A stretch of 64,000 bases of DNA from Yuukianura sp. NJ FZ-2021 (lineage: Eukaryota). Positions 1-12,382 of this stretch are shown here, piece after piece. The stretch lies in NCBI GenBank assembly GCA_046563655.1, contig CM102283.1:7936001-8000000 (forward strand), in the 5' to 3' direction. Under the pieces are notes generated by a model, which did not search any database, was not told where the DNA came from, and saw nothing but the letters and a program-made list of their open reading frames with translations. Made by a program: the position numbers and the translations under genes. Each line of letters begins with the position of its first letter. Position 1 is the first letter of the stretch.

Positions 1-1
1 C

Positions 2-3000
2 ATGAACTACTTTGCTAAAACCGTAAACCCATTGCAAGATTACAATGGAATTCCAGTAGCTCCAGTGAAAGACGCTCGCTACGAATCCACAATGATGGCA
101 GACAACGAAACAATGATTTTGGGCATTCCGCGGATCCGCCAAGTTCGAATCATGTCGAGTAAGTTTGGCGTTTACCTTCAAAAAAAATTTTTACTGTTCA
201 AAATCTAATTTACTACAATACTAAATGAGAAGTTACAGGTGAGATGTAATTCCAGAATTGCATACTTACTATATGATGTATTACTCTCGATATTTTTTTT
301 TAAAGTCACGGTTTGGCTAAAACTCTCTAAAGTGCAACTTCCTCACTCATGATACTCATGATAAGTAGACCTGCTAAAAATGTTTTTTTTAAATACTAAA
401 TATTTTTATATTTAAAAAAAATATTTCGCGATTTAAAAAAATGTAAATATTTTTTTAAATTTTCAGCGTTTTTCTAACAAAATGCAAATATTTTTTAAAT
501 ATTTCGGCTTTTCATGATAATTTTGCCGAAATTTCGACTTTTTTGTCTACTCTCGGTGAACAACCAATGTGTTTGTCTGATTTTTCGACAACAAAATCGT
601 GAAAAGAACGTTTACGGAGTTTTTCGGTAGTGTCAATTTAGTTAACTAAAAATTTGTCACATGCAACACTGGAAACAACTAAACTTTGAGTACAAGTACA
701 CGAAAAATCAGATGGGCACCTAAATGAAAGTGCTGCAGTACTTTAGATACGTACGATTACGTACATACTTTCGTATGTACATTTTTACAAGAATTTTAAA
801 CCATACTAATGGAATCAAGAGCACAATACCGTTAGCGTAGCATTGTTCTTACACGGTAATATTAAGCGACAAGACAGTGCTGACGTGGTAAATCTGGTGA
901 TTGGGGTTGTTGCCCAGTCCTTTTATACTTACGTAAAGGTTTTTCTCTCTAAATCGGTCTGATTTTAGTACGAAATTCATAAATATTAACGGTTTTAGTA
1001 AATATTTTTAAAAATATTTCCCCGTTTTTAGTAAATTTTTAAATAAATATTTTGGGTGCTGATAGTAAATATTTTTAGCAGGTCTAATGATAAGCTAATT
1101 TTTTTTCAAAATATTGTTTTTTAAAAGACCATCACATCCACATCTAACTTTCTAACGTAATACTTTTGAAAAAAATCATCGTTAGGCTAAAAATTAAGAG
1201 CGGTGTTGGGCGAAGCTCCAGCACCCATGCTTAGTAGGCTTGTTTTTACTAGAACTTTTTTTTTACTTTCCCAGCTGAATGTGACATTCATGAGCGAATC
1301 AAGCAGTTTTATTTGCCACCATCAACGACAGTTACTGCGCAACAAGAAAAACTCAAAGACAAAATCAACTGTACTCGTGGTTATGTCAGTTTGAACGAAG
1401 ACGTTGGAACTTACAATCCATTTTGGAAAGAAGTGGTTGGAAATTCTCGCAGTTGGATAAGCTCCAACGACGTCTGGACTTGGCGAACTCCAAACGAAAC
1501 GCAGTCGATCATGATTTCTGGAAAATTGACCAAGTATGATGCTGGTGGATACGTCGCAGAACTAGGCATGTTTCAACGCAAAACAACTTCAGTTCTGAAT
1601 TACATTCGACAAACGAAGTGGATTGACTCACGTACTCGAGCAGTTTTTGTTGAAATGAGCGTTATCGTACCGAATTCCAACATTTTTGCCGACATTCTAC
1701 TGATGTTGGAACAGTCTCCTGCAGGAGCCTTCATTCCGACATCAATTGTAACTTTTTTGAAATTTACACTTTTGTGACTCAAAATTTTGAAATATGTTTT
1801 TTCCTTTAGGTTTTACCGCTTCAAATTACATTTCCAGCTACAAAAGGTGAAAGTTGGCGAACATGGGTGACAATTTCATATGTCGGAATTACACTCTATG
1901 CCTTCGGGCTCATTATCAGTCTTGGACGTGGAATTATCTATCACTGGGTACACTACCGAATGGGATTCGTCGGAAGTTTGTGGCTTTGGCTTGACTTTGC
2001 TATTGGCGCGTCTTCAATCCTGTCTTTGGCGCTTGCATTCAAATTTCATCTCCGGACGAAACGAATCCACGAGAGACTGGACACTTCCTTGGTCAATGAG
2101 TTCATCAGCCTCCAGCGAATTGCCTTCTGGGACCACACTCACATTTCATTTTTTGCCGCCATTTTTGGACTCTGCATAATCAAAACATGGCGTTTCCTGA
2201 TTCTCTTCCTCAATCGCTTCTACATCTTAGCCTTGACATTGAGACTCACCGCTCGATTCCTGATTGGATTCATGTTTATCCTGGTGATACTTGTAGTGGC
2301 ATTTGCATGCTGGGGAGTACTGGCATTTGGAGATTCTATGGAACAGTTTCATTCTATTGGTCACGCCTTCTTGGAGTTGAAACATGAACTACTGCAAGCA
2401 TCTTTCTACGACGAACTGCGCAATGCCCATGCCGTGATTGGTCGATTTTATTTTCTCCTGTTTGGACTCACCATGGTCCTAGTTGGGGTCAACTTGTTCG
2501 TGGCTCTTCTAGCAAGTGGATTTTTTGAAGCCAAAGAAATTGCGCGCCAAAAGAGACATCGAGAAACATACTGGTCAAAACTCATGAATTCAAAACTTCG
2601 TCGCCTAATTTGTGGAATCCCGCCAAAGAAAAATCCGGAACAGAAACTGCCAATTCCACCATTTCGACTCAAAGCGATGGAACAATCTACGAAAGTTTTT
2701 TTGAGCAATTGTCTCCAATCTAAAGGATTTTTTCGTATGAAGGAAATGCTAAATTTTTGCAACACGAAACTGCTAAGAGGTACTGGCTACATTATGATTG
2801 ATAAAAGTGACAAGAAGAAGCGACTGCGTGATGCAATGAACACGACATTGGCAGTATCTAAGGAGAGACTAGAAGAAATGCGACTCATGACCATTGAACA
2901 CCTTCGACAACATCTTCAACTTGACCTTACACCGGAAGAGGTCAAAGCCTATGCTGACTTTCACTTGAAACTGCTTGAAATCAAAGTCAAAAAAGTTAGA

Positions 3001-3288
3001 AAAGTTTTAATCAAATTGGATTCTACAATAACCAAGTTCATTCAAGTATTGGATCGAGAAGAGGCTGAAGCAATGGAAACTAAACTTAAAGCAGAAGCTG
3101 AAAAGTTAAAACAAGATGCGTTTGGATGGCGGAAGTACTTGCCAGCAGAAGTACTTTTGAATACTTCCGCTGGTCAACATAGACATGAAGACGATCCGGG
3201 TGCTGTCAGAGCATCTTTTGCATCAAACAATACCGATAGACCACCCAACTCTCCCGCGCCAACGCTGCGGCGTAGAACGTTTTTCTGA
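2..3288 (+). CDS. Polycystin (PKD1-like/PKDREJ/PKD2-type) cation-channel gene, 3' part; 5' end lies outside the window
   Basis: Exons ~2-158, 1275-1747 and 1810-3288 join in frame at GT-AG sites. Polycystin-domain motifs include LGIPRIRQVR, YDAGGYVAELG and WIDSRTRAVFVE. These are followed by several TM helices, a pore-like FGDSMEQFHSIGHAF...GRFYF segment and a charged coiled-coil tail. Confidence 0.85.
366..1086. mobile_element. hAT-like non-autonomous element (MITE) in a polycystin intron
   Basis: TIR TAGACCTGCTAAAAAT at 366 and its reverse complement ATTTTTAGCAGGTCTA ending at 1086. Perfect 8-bp TSD ATGATAAG at 358-365 and 1087-1094. No transposase ORF. Confidence 0.85.
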
Positions 3289-3533
3289 TTCTAAAAGAAA
3301 TTAATTTAAAAAAGTCAAAAAGCGAAAAATCGAAAAGTAGTGTAACATCCGAGAACGTTAAAAACTGAAACATTTTTTATTCAACATGCATAATGTGAAA
3401 TGTTTTAATAAAATCTTGTTAAACAAAACTGCGATAAAAGATGGACTCCTTTAGTCTTGACTTTTTTTTGGAAAATGTGGCCCAAAGGCATAGTTCCGCA
3501 CTTTCGCGATCCCAAGCCAGCGATCCCGCGCTC

Positions 3534-4029
3534 CTAATTCCAAAACGTTAAAAATTTAGTAGGAAAATCTCTCTTTTTAAATAACATAATTCCAAATTCC
3601 AAAACGTTAAAAATTTAGTAGGAAAATCACTGTTTTTATATAACATAATTCCAAATTCCAAAACGTTAAAAATTTAGTAGGAAAATCACTCTTTTTAAAT
3701 AACATAATTCCAAATTCCAAAACGTTAAAAATTTAGTAGGAAAATCACTCTTTTTAAATAACATAATTCCAAATTCCAAAACGTTAAAAATTTAGTAGGA
3801 AAATCACTCTTTTTAAATAACATAATTCCAAATTCCAAAACGTTAAAAATTTAGTAGGAAAATCACTCTTTTTAAATAACATAATTCCAAATTCCAAAAC
3901 GTTAAAAATTTAGTAGGAAAATCACTCTTTTTAAATAACATAATTCCAAATTCCAAAAAGTTAAAAGTTTAGTAGGAAAATCACTCTTTTTAAATAACAT
4001 AATTCCAAATTCCAAAACGTTAAAAATTT
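3534..4029. repeat. 59-bp tandem minisatellite, about 8 copies
   Basis: Near-perfect repeats of AATTCCAAAACGTTAAAAATTTAGTAGGAAAATCACTCTTTTTAAATAACATAATTCCA; the pattern shifts by one base per 60-nt line. Confidence 0.95.
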
Positions 4030-4449
4030 TCATCATGAAAATGATATTTATGAAATGATGATGTGAATTGTAAAACTGGCAACTCTGTATATCACTGTTA
4101 AGTAAATATTTCCTTTTCCTATGATTACATAAGAAAAGTCTAATTTGCTTAATCATCCTTCTTATTGCTCCTCAAGGTCAGCAAGATCATTTTGCGATTT
4201 GGGGCAAGAACAAGTAGTTTTTTTTTAAATAAAACAAAATTATACATATACTAACTAAGAGTGCTTATTTCACTGACACTATACAATTAGAACTGAATTC
4301 TTCACATGGAAATTCTACTTACCTTAACTGCCATTTTTTCACAAGTTTCTCCTTAAAACCACGTTTGCCTTGAACCGGTTGTGTGACTTTTGGAAAGTTT
4401 TGAAGCAACCAGTAGTGCTAATTTCGGAATGGATTTACGACAAGGCAGG

Positions 4450-5738
4450 ATGAAAAACGTTTCTTACTGTACGTTTGTGTCATTGCTTCTGCTCGCACCA
4501 ATTGCTTTTGGAAAAGACGAATACAAAAAACTTCCGGATTTAGACACTTATTCATCTGAAGAAGTCAAATTACTTCCAAGGGTAACAAAAATCGGCATTT
4601 TTAAAAAGTACAAAACTTTAGTAGAGAAATTCAGTAGAATGGTTTTTGTTTTTAAAGTTTCGTTCCAGAGTTAAAGATGGACTAACGCATCAGTATATGT
4701 TCCAAGACAAGTATCTCGTTCGATTCCTAAGAGGTGCAAATAGGAACCTAGAAGACGCTGAAAAAATGATACGAGATGTAAAATCATCTTTCTCGAAACC
4801 TCCTTTTGTCTACATTTATTTAAAAAATGTTGTTTTTCGATTCATTTTCCAGAATTTCCGACATAGAAAGCAATACGATTTGGACAACTTGATTATCTTA
4901 CCAAAAAATTTGACAAAATATTCCACTCGCTTTCCCTTCTTTTTCACATGGGCGAAAGACGACCGTCCAAGTAATGCTTCTATACGTTCTCAAAATTTTA
5001 AAATTTTAAAATTCAAAATTTTAAAAAAAATTTTGAAGCACTTGTTGGAGCCTTAAAGGATATTAACATCCGACATATGACTATTACTGGTGAACTTCAA
5101 AGAGTCAAACTCTACATTTTCTATGCCCTGGAACGTGCTGTTTGGAACGTTCACTTGACTGCAAATCGTACAGGACGGGAGATCATTCAAGGATCGTTAG
5201 TTTTCAACATGGCGGGATTCAATCTTAGGAATCAAGCTTGTTTATCCTGCATACCACTTTGGATTGAACTACTGGAAACTTATGAAAAATATTATCCGCA
5301 ACTGGGACATACAATTTTGATTATCAACAGTAAGTTTAAAGCAACAAAGTCAAAGAAAACTTGAAAAAAAATGAATAATTTGACTTTTTGACTTTTTAGC
5401 ACCAAGGATATTTCAAAAGTAAGACAAACATTGGACAGTTTGTGGCAAAAATTACAGGAAAACTTTTTTTCAAAATTTTGAATTTTTTTTATAGTCTTTA
5501 CGTTATACTCAAACCGCTGGCTACTGGACAAACGTTGAACGCTTTAACATTATTCAGCCTGGACAAAACTGAATGGCAACCGGAACTACTCAAATTGTAC
5601 TCGCCCGATCACTTAACTCTAGAATTCGGTGGGACGGCCCCACCACAGCGTCTCTATCCACTCACACCAGAGCACCTCGCCATTCAACTTGGACCAAACT
5701 ATGACAAAGTGCTCAAGAACAAAATCGACGAGAAGTAG
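4450..5738 (+). CDS. SEC14/CRAL-TRIO-like lipid-binding protein 1, with signal peptide
   Basis: Spliced ORF begins MKNVSYCTFVSLLLLAPIAFG. Contains the CRAL-TRIO-N motif YLVRFLRG, then QACLSC, YEKYYPQL and C-terminal LTLEFGGT. Includes a 19-nt micro-exon at 5400-5418. Confidence 0.85.
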
Positions 5739-6409
5739 TGCTGGAGCCCGGTTTTTATAGAAAAGTTTAACAGTTTCCCAGAATCTATCTGTACTAAATG
5801 TGTGAAATTTTAATTAAAATATCATAAAAATGAAGAAAAAAAATGTGTGTTATAGCCTTTGCCATTTTTTAAAAATGTTAGCTCAAGTTGTATTTTCTTT
5901 GATTCTGCTCCAAAGGATGTTCAACCAAAAATTACGCGCTACCCTAAATTTTGAATATGAAGATGATAAATTTTTTTGAATTTTGAAATTTCTGAACAAA
6001 GAAGTGAATTGTAAAACTTACACGTGTGTATATCACTTTTAAATTAATATTTTCTGACCAATGATTACGTAATACAGTCTTATTGACTTTATATTCTCAT
6101 GTTCCTCAAGGTCAGCAAGATCAATTTGCGCTTTCTGGCACAAAGAGATTAAAGGGGAACCTGAAAGTCAGTTCCAAGAAAAACTTGTTACTTTTTTCGT
6201 GAATAATATAAAATTATACATGTATTAAAACGCCTCGTATCTCGTTAAGATCTTAAAACTAAACAGGATTGTTCCAAACTGGATTGTGTTGCCATTTTTT
6301 CCACAATGGTCTGCGTAAAACCACGTTTGCCTTGAACCTGTTCTGTGGTTTTAGAAAAGGTTGGAAGCAACCAGTGCTAATTTCGTAATTGATACACTGA
6401 CAAGGCAGG

Positions 6410-7712
6410 ATGAAAAACGTTTTTTACTTCACGTTTGTGTCATATCTTTTCCTCGCGCCATTTGCTTTTGGAAAAGACGGAATCAAAAAACTTCCGGATT
6501 TGGATACTTATTCATCTGAAGAAATCAAATTACTTCCAAGGGTAAAACAGAAACAAGAAACAAAAATTTTCTGTTACGTCAAGTGAATGTAAAATTTTGA
6601 ATTTTTGAAGCTTCGCTCCAGAGTGAAAGATGGACTGACACAGCAGTATATGTTTCAAGACAAGTATCTAGTTAGATTCCTAAGAGGTGCAAATTGGAAC
6701 GTCGAAGATGCTGAAATAATGATGCGAGACGTAAAACCTCCTTTTTGAAACCAATTTTACTTAAATTTATTTAAAAAACGATGTTTTTGGATTCATTTGC
6801 AGAATTTTCGGTATAGAAAACAATACGATATAGACAACCTAATTATTCTGCCAAAAAATTTGACAAAATATTCTGCTCGCTTTCCATTCCACTTCACTTG
6901 GGCAAAAGACGACCGTCCAAGTAAGACCAAATCAAAAATTCAAAAATTTTCAAATTTCAAAATTCAAAATTTCAAAAACTTTTGTTTCCAAGCACTTGTT
7001 GGAGCCTTGAAGGATATTAACGTCCGGCATATGTCAATCACTGGGGAAGTTAACAGAGTGCGGCTCTACATTTACTATGCCCTGGAACGTGCTGTTTGGA
7101 ACGTTCACTTGACAGCAAATCGCACAGGACGGGAGATAATTCAAGGAACGTTACTTTTCAACATGGCGGGATTCAATCTTAGGAACCAAGCTTGTGTAGC
7201 TTGTATACCACTATGGATTGAACTACTGGAAACTTATGAAAAATATTATCCTCAACTGGGACATACAATTTTGATTATCAACAGTAAGTTATTACGCTTG
7301 AAACACAACAAATTCAAAAAAAAAAAACTTCAAAAAGAATTGAATACTTTTGAGTTTTTAACTTCTTAGCACCAAGGATATTTCAAAAGTAAGGCCAATA
7401 TTGGAAAGTTGGTGACAAGACAAAACTTAGAGGAAAACTATTTCAAAATGTTATTTTTTTTTGTATAGTCTGTTTGTTGTACTTAAACCGCTGGCTACTA
7501 GTCAAACGTTGAACGCAGTCAAATTATTCAGTTTAGACAAAAGTGAATGGCAACCGGAACTACTCAAATTGTACTCGCCCGATCACTTAACTTTGGAATT
7601 CGGTGGGACGGCCCCACCGCAGCGTCTCTATCCACTCACACCAGAGCACCTCGCCATTCAACTTGGACCTAACTATGACAAAGTGCTTAAGAACAAAATC
7701 GACAACACGTAG
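6410..7712 (+). CDS. SEC14/CRAL-TRIO-like protein 2, close paralogue of gene 1
   Basis: Begins MKNVFYFTFVSYLFLAPFAFG. Same exon structure as gene 1, with QACVAC, YEKYYPQL and LTLEFGGT. Confidence 0.85.
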
Positions 7713-8301
7713 TGTTGGAAATAATTTTGACCAGTTTTTATAGAAAAGTTTAACAATTTCCCAGAATCTCAAACTTTCCTTCAAAGTTAAAAAAATGAAA
7801 AAAAAGATAAACCCAATCCTATTCAAGCATTGCCTTAGAATCTGTCGAAACCAATCCATTTTTTCTAATCTTGTACGTTTTCTGTTGTACATTTTTTTTA
7901 AATTGCGCACATTATAGATTCTTGACGCCAACTAATTGCTGGTACTACTTCAATCACTACGTCAATGAAGATCACATTGCAGATTTGAAGGTCACCTGTC
8001 CAGTATTTTTTTTTAACGTGGCGTAGACTCATGCAAGTCTCCTCTCGGTTGATGTTTTACACTTATATTAGTGAAGTTGCAATTCGAACAAGCCCACTAT
8101 TGTGAGAAAAAGTGAAAGCAAATTAAACAGCTACCTATATTTTCTTTCCAGATTTCGCGATAAATCTCGATCTCGTGGCTAATTAAACCGAAAGTTACGC
8201 CTTTCGAACAATAAAAGCTTCAAGTTTTCGAAGTTAGGTATTGCCATTGTGGTTGCAATTTGCGGAATTTTGATATTTTAGTTTTAAAATCAAGCATCAC
8301 A

Positions 8302-9619
8302 ATGCCACTTTCAACCGGCGCTTATTTGGTTCTGTTCTGTTTAATTTTCTGCTCGCTTAACACGGATGCTCAAAAACCCAAGGATTTGGACACGTACACC
8401 AAACAGGAACTGGAATTGCTTCCACAAGTAAATCTAAAAATTTTATAATTAATTATAATATAAAATTATGTTTTATGTTATAATGTAAAAATGTTTTAGC
8501 TTCGGTCAAGAGTTAAAGATGGCCTTACACAACAGTACATGTTCCAGAACAAATACCTCGTACGATTCCTCAGAACCGCACAGTGGAACTTGGACGCTGC
8601 AGAAAATTTACTTCGCGAAGTAAGATTCTCATTTCTGATTTTTTTTTTAGAATTTTTAAAAAATTTCATAACAAAGTTCAAAATATAATTTTCTAGAATT
8701 TTCGCTGGCGTAAGCAACACCGAGTGGACAACTTAATTTTTGATTTTGAACGCGGTGGCTCAAAATTTGCACGCCGATTTCCGTTTCATTTCATTTCTGC
8801 ACGAGACCAACGACCAAGTTAGTGAAAACATGGTTTTACTTTATACAATTTTGCTTACCATAGACAATGCGCATGTGCACAACTTAACTAAACGTTACTT
8901 TTGCGTTTTTAGCAATAGTCAGTGCCATTAAGGATCTGAACGTTCGTCAACTCGTACTTACTGGAGAAGTAGCTGAAATGCGACGTTACATTATCTACGG
9001 AATTGAACGCGCTGTTTGGAACATCCATTTGGAATCAAATCGCACAGGAATGGAAATTATCGAAGGAACTCTCCTGTTCAACATGGCGGGATTCAACGTT
9101 AGAACGCAAGCCTGTGTCGCCTGTCTACCACTTTGGATTGAACTTATAGACTCCTATGAAAAGTACTATCCACAACTTGGCAAGCACATAATCGCAATCA
9201 ACAGTAAGTCTCTAAATCCTAATTAACTATTAAAGTTTAACATTTTAATAACTAAAGTTTTTGTTTCAGTTCCCAGGGTTTTCCATAGGTACGTCAAACT
9301 AATTGAAAAAAATCTCTAAAACCGGTTTTATTTAATTTCTGCACTTCACATTTCCCTAATTCTTTGATTAATCAGATTTTTCACACTGATCAAACCACTA
9401 GCAACTGGACACACACTGGAAGCCCTTGAAATGTACAGCGTTGACAAAAGCGAATGGGAACCGCGTATACTCAAATTGTACTCAAAAGACAAACTGCCGC
9501 TGGAATTCGGTGGTACTGCGCCGCCGCAACACGGTCCGCACAAGCTCTCTCCAGAAGACATGGCAATTCAGCTCGGGCCAAAATTTCAAAAGAAAATACC
9601 ACAAGAAGCAGTTTTTTAA
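8302..9619 (+). CDS. SEC14/CRAL-TRIO-like protein 3
   Basis: Begins MPLSTGAYLVLFCLIFCSLNTDA. Contains YLVRFLRT, QACVAC, YEKYYPQL and LPLEFGGT; exons join in frame. Confidence 0.85.
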
Positions 9620-10592
9620 AGAAAAAATTCTTGTTTTCAAAGAAGAATTTTTTCTTGAAGAATTTTCAAAACACATTGAACAAATAAATACCTAATGAAG
9701 CTTTTCTTTAATTTCTGAAGAGAAGGGGCGGAGCAAACGTTTTACAGAGTGAAAGTAAATAGACTTTTCAGAAATGCCTACGAGGTAGATAGTCGTACTA
9801 CAGCTGACAGAAGTAATCAAAATAGTGTAACATTTAGCTTTTTAGTAAAAGTTTATCCTATTTCTAAAGAAGACTCAATATTTAAAACTTGGGTACGACG
9901 CTTACTGTACGCAAGCATCTTCCAATTTTCTTCCCGAGTTAAAAATGTTGAGGTCCTACTTCCGCAGAAATCTGACAAACTAAATGTTTTCAAACTTTAA
10001 ATCAACTCACAAAAGTAATTAAAAAACCAATTAGGTCGACCAATTTCAATTCTTAACTAAAACTAACAGAAATGCTGGATTAAATCATAGTAGTAAAAGT
10101 GAAAATGTTAAACCACACCGTACATAGTATTATTAGCCAAACTCGAACATAATTAAAAGTAGAAACATTACTTAATTTGGAAAAACTGAAAATATTGGTC
10201 AAACATAAAGAAATTACGCACTTAGTCAACGAATAACTCTAACATTTGTTGGTGTTTTCAAGTGAAACAAAGCAAATCCGCATCATGCTGCATCATAAGT
10301 AACACCAAAACACTAACAAAAGTTCAAGTACACTTTGAATTCAACTTAAAATTGAATCCGAAATGTATCTTACCAAATTATTCATCGCCTAACTGCACAA
10401 TTTTTGCTAAAGTTAGCTCATAAATTACACCATCTTCCCAATTACTCAAAATTCTTAAGATATTTCTGGCTACAAGTTCTAAAACATGTCTACAACCCTA
10501 CTCCGCTCCTGTTGTTTTCTTTAGCAATTATTAACTTCATGCAACCTATCAATTGTGGTTCTACGTACAACTTTAACTTTGTCTTCAACAAC

Positions 10593-12382
10593 TTATTTGA
10601 CCAATCGTTTTCCTGCTGTCTGTCGTCCAAAGCCCAGTGGTTGTGGTGCCGATTTCTTCTTTCCTTTGCGATCAAGCATAACGGCACGCAGCAGTTCTTT
10701 GTAAATGAGTACTTGACGATTGAGGTCATCACGCTGACTCTTCAGTTCATTGTTGACTTTCTCTAGTGCGTCTTCCTGGATATTGATAATCGCTGCTTGC
10801 AGTTTCTTCTTCTCACGGTACCGTGTGGCAGCAGTTTTATTTTGTTCCTTCTTCCTCTGGGTTTTGTCAGTGTTGCTCGGCAGCCGTGGTTTCTTCATTC
10901 CGCTTGAACCGCTACTGAATCAGAGGAAAAACATAAAAATCAAGTAATCGCTCAAACTTTGATAATTTTACAAATTCTGATGCAATTCACAACGTGAATT
11001 ACATATTCAAAGTGAGCGTCGTTAGACTTTCGAACACAATCAGTCCGATTTTGAGTTAAAATCATCGTTTTTGTATCATATTCGAGACAAGTAAAATTTT
11101 GACATCATTTGTTCACGGTCAATTTAACCAATTACTAATCTAAGCAAAATCAATTTTACCCTCCTACCTTCGTCCACTTTTGACGGTTGGTTCCAGAGAT
11201 CGTTTTCCTCGTTTGTTCGAGTTAGAGGAAGATGCAGGAGATGGAGCAATATGAGTAACTGCTGAGGATGGATCGACAGCGACAACCTCCACTTCCATGT
11301 TGATAGGAAGATACGACTTGGCAGTATTGAGATCTCCTAGAAGTAGCGCATCCAAAATGTTCTCGCAAGTATCATCAGCCGAGTCGATTTCATCTTCCGT
11401 AATTGATGAGGACGGTGAAGATGTTCCAGAGTAACCCGCTCCTTGCTGTGATTGGTTGACATCTAGCCCGATCAACTGAAGTTCAAATTCGTCAAAAGTG
11501 TGTGACTGATCTTCCATTTCTATCAAACTGTCTGCTTCTGATGCATTGCTTTTGTTGTCATCCCCACTGCCGTTGTCATTGCCATTGTTGGATTGGCCAG
11601 CGTCGTCTGATGGTTGGACCAAGTTAAGTTTGATGTCTTCCAGAGAGCAGGGGACAAGCAATTGGATGACTTCAGCATTGTCAATTGTTGTCACTTGAGC
11701 TGAAAGACCAGCCAAAATACTTTGGAACTCTGCCGAGAGTTCTTCGAAGCTATCAGACGGGAATTCTTCGGCTGGACTTGGTTGTGGAGATTCATCGAGC
11801 TGTTGAAGGTGTTCTTGATTTTGGAACTCTTGTGAGTCTGGTGTAAGGGGACGTGTGGTGTGGCAGAGGTCATCAAAGTCCTCCAGATCTTCAAACAGTT
11901 CCAAATTGACCGATTCCTCTCCTTCCCAGGGCATTTCATTCTGATTTTCTGTAAAAATTAGTTCAACAAATATTAGCAAATGTCAAACACCTCAAAGCTG
12001 ATTACTTCAATGACAGTTTTTCAGTATCCTTTTGGTAAAAAATCATAAAACCTTGATTTTCACATTAAGTATTCTCATCACATCGTAAACAAAGTATCAA
12101 TCGATATCTCAACAGTTTTTGTGCAAATAAGCTCTCCAACGTACCATATTGTGAGAAATGATAATCTTCGAATTCTAGATGTTGTAGAAGTTTGGAAGCA
12201 AGCTGAGCTCGGGATGACGGTGAGCAGAGGCCAGCTTCCGATTTGATGTTGTACATAGAACCATCGTCTCCGTGGGCATTTGCGTATAGAGTTGGGGATT
12301 GGGGAGATGGTGAAATTGGTGGGCTAAATTCAGCAGAGGTGGAGAAGTTCTCCACTTGCCAGGAAGCCAATGGCGACTCCAT
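10593..12382 (-). CDS. ATF4: Activating transcription factor 4 (bZIP; cryptocephal orthologue)
   Basis: Exons 12382-12145, 11948-11168 and 10914-10593 join in frame. The basic region RKKEQNKTAATRYREKKK plus leucine zipper is diagnostic of ATF4/ATF5. Acidic, Ser-rich middle region; strong Kozak context GCGCCATGG. Confidence 0.93.

Noticed and set aside
3534-4156. 59-bp array as a CRISPR array, and ORF 3902-4156 as a gene
   Set aside because: No spacers, and the ORF is read through the AT-rich repeat with no protein-like features.
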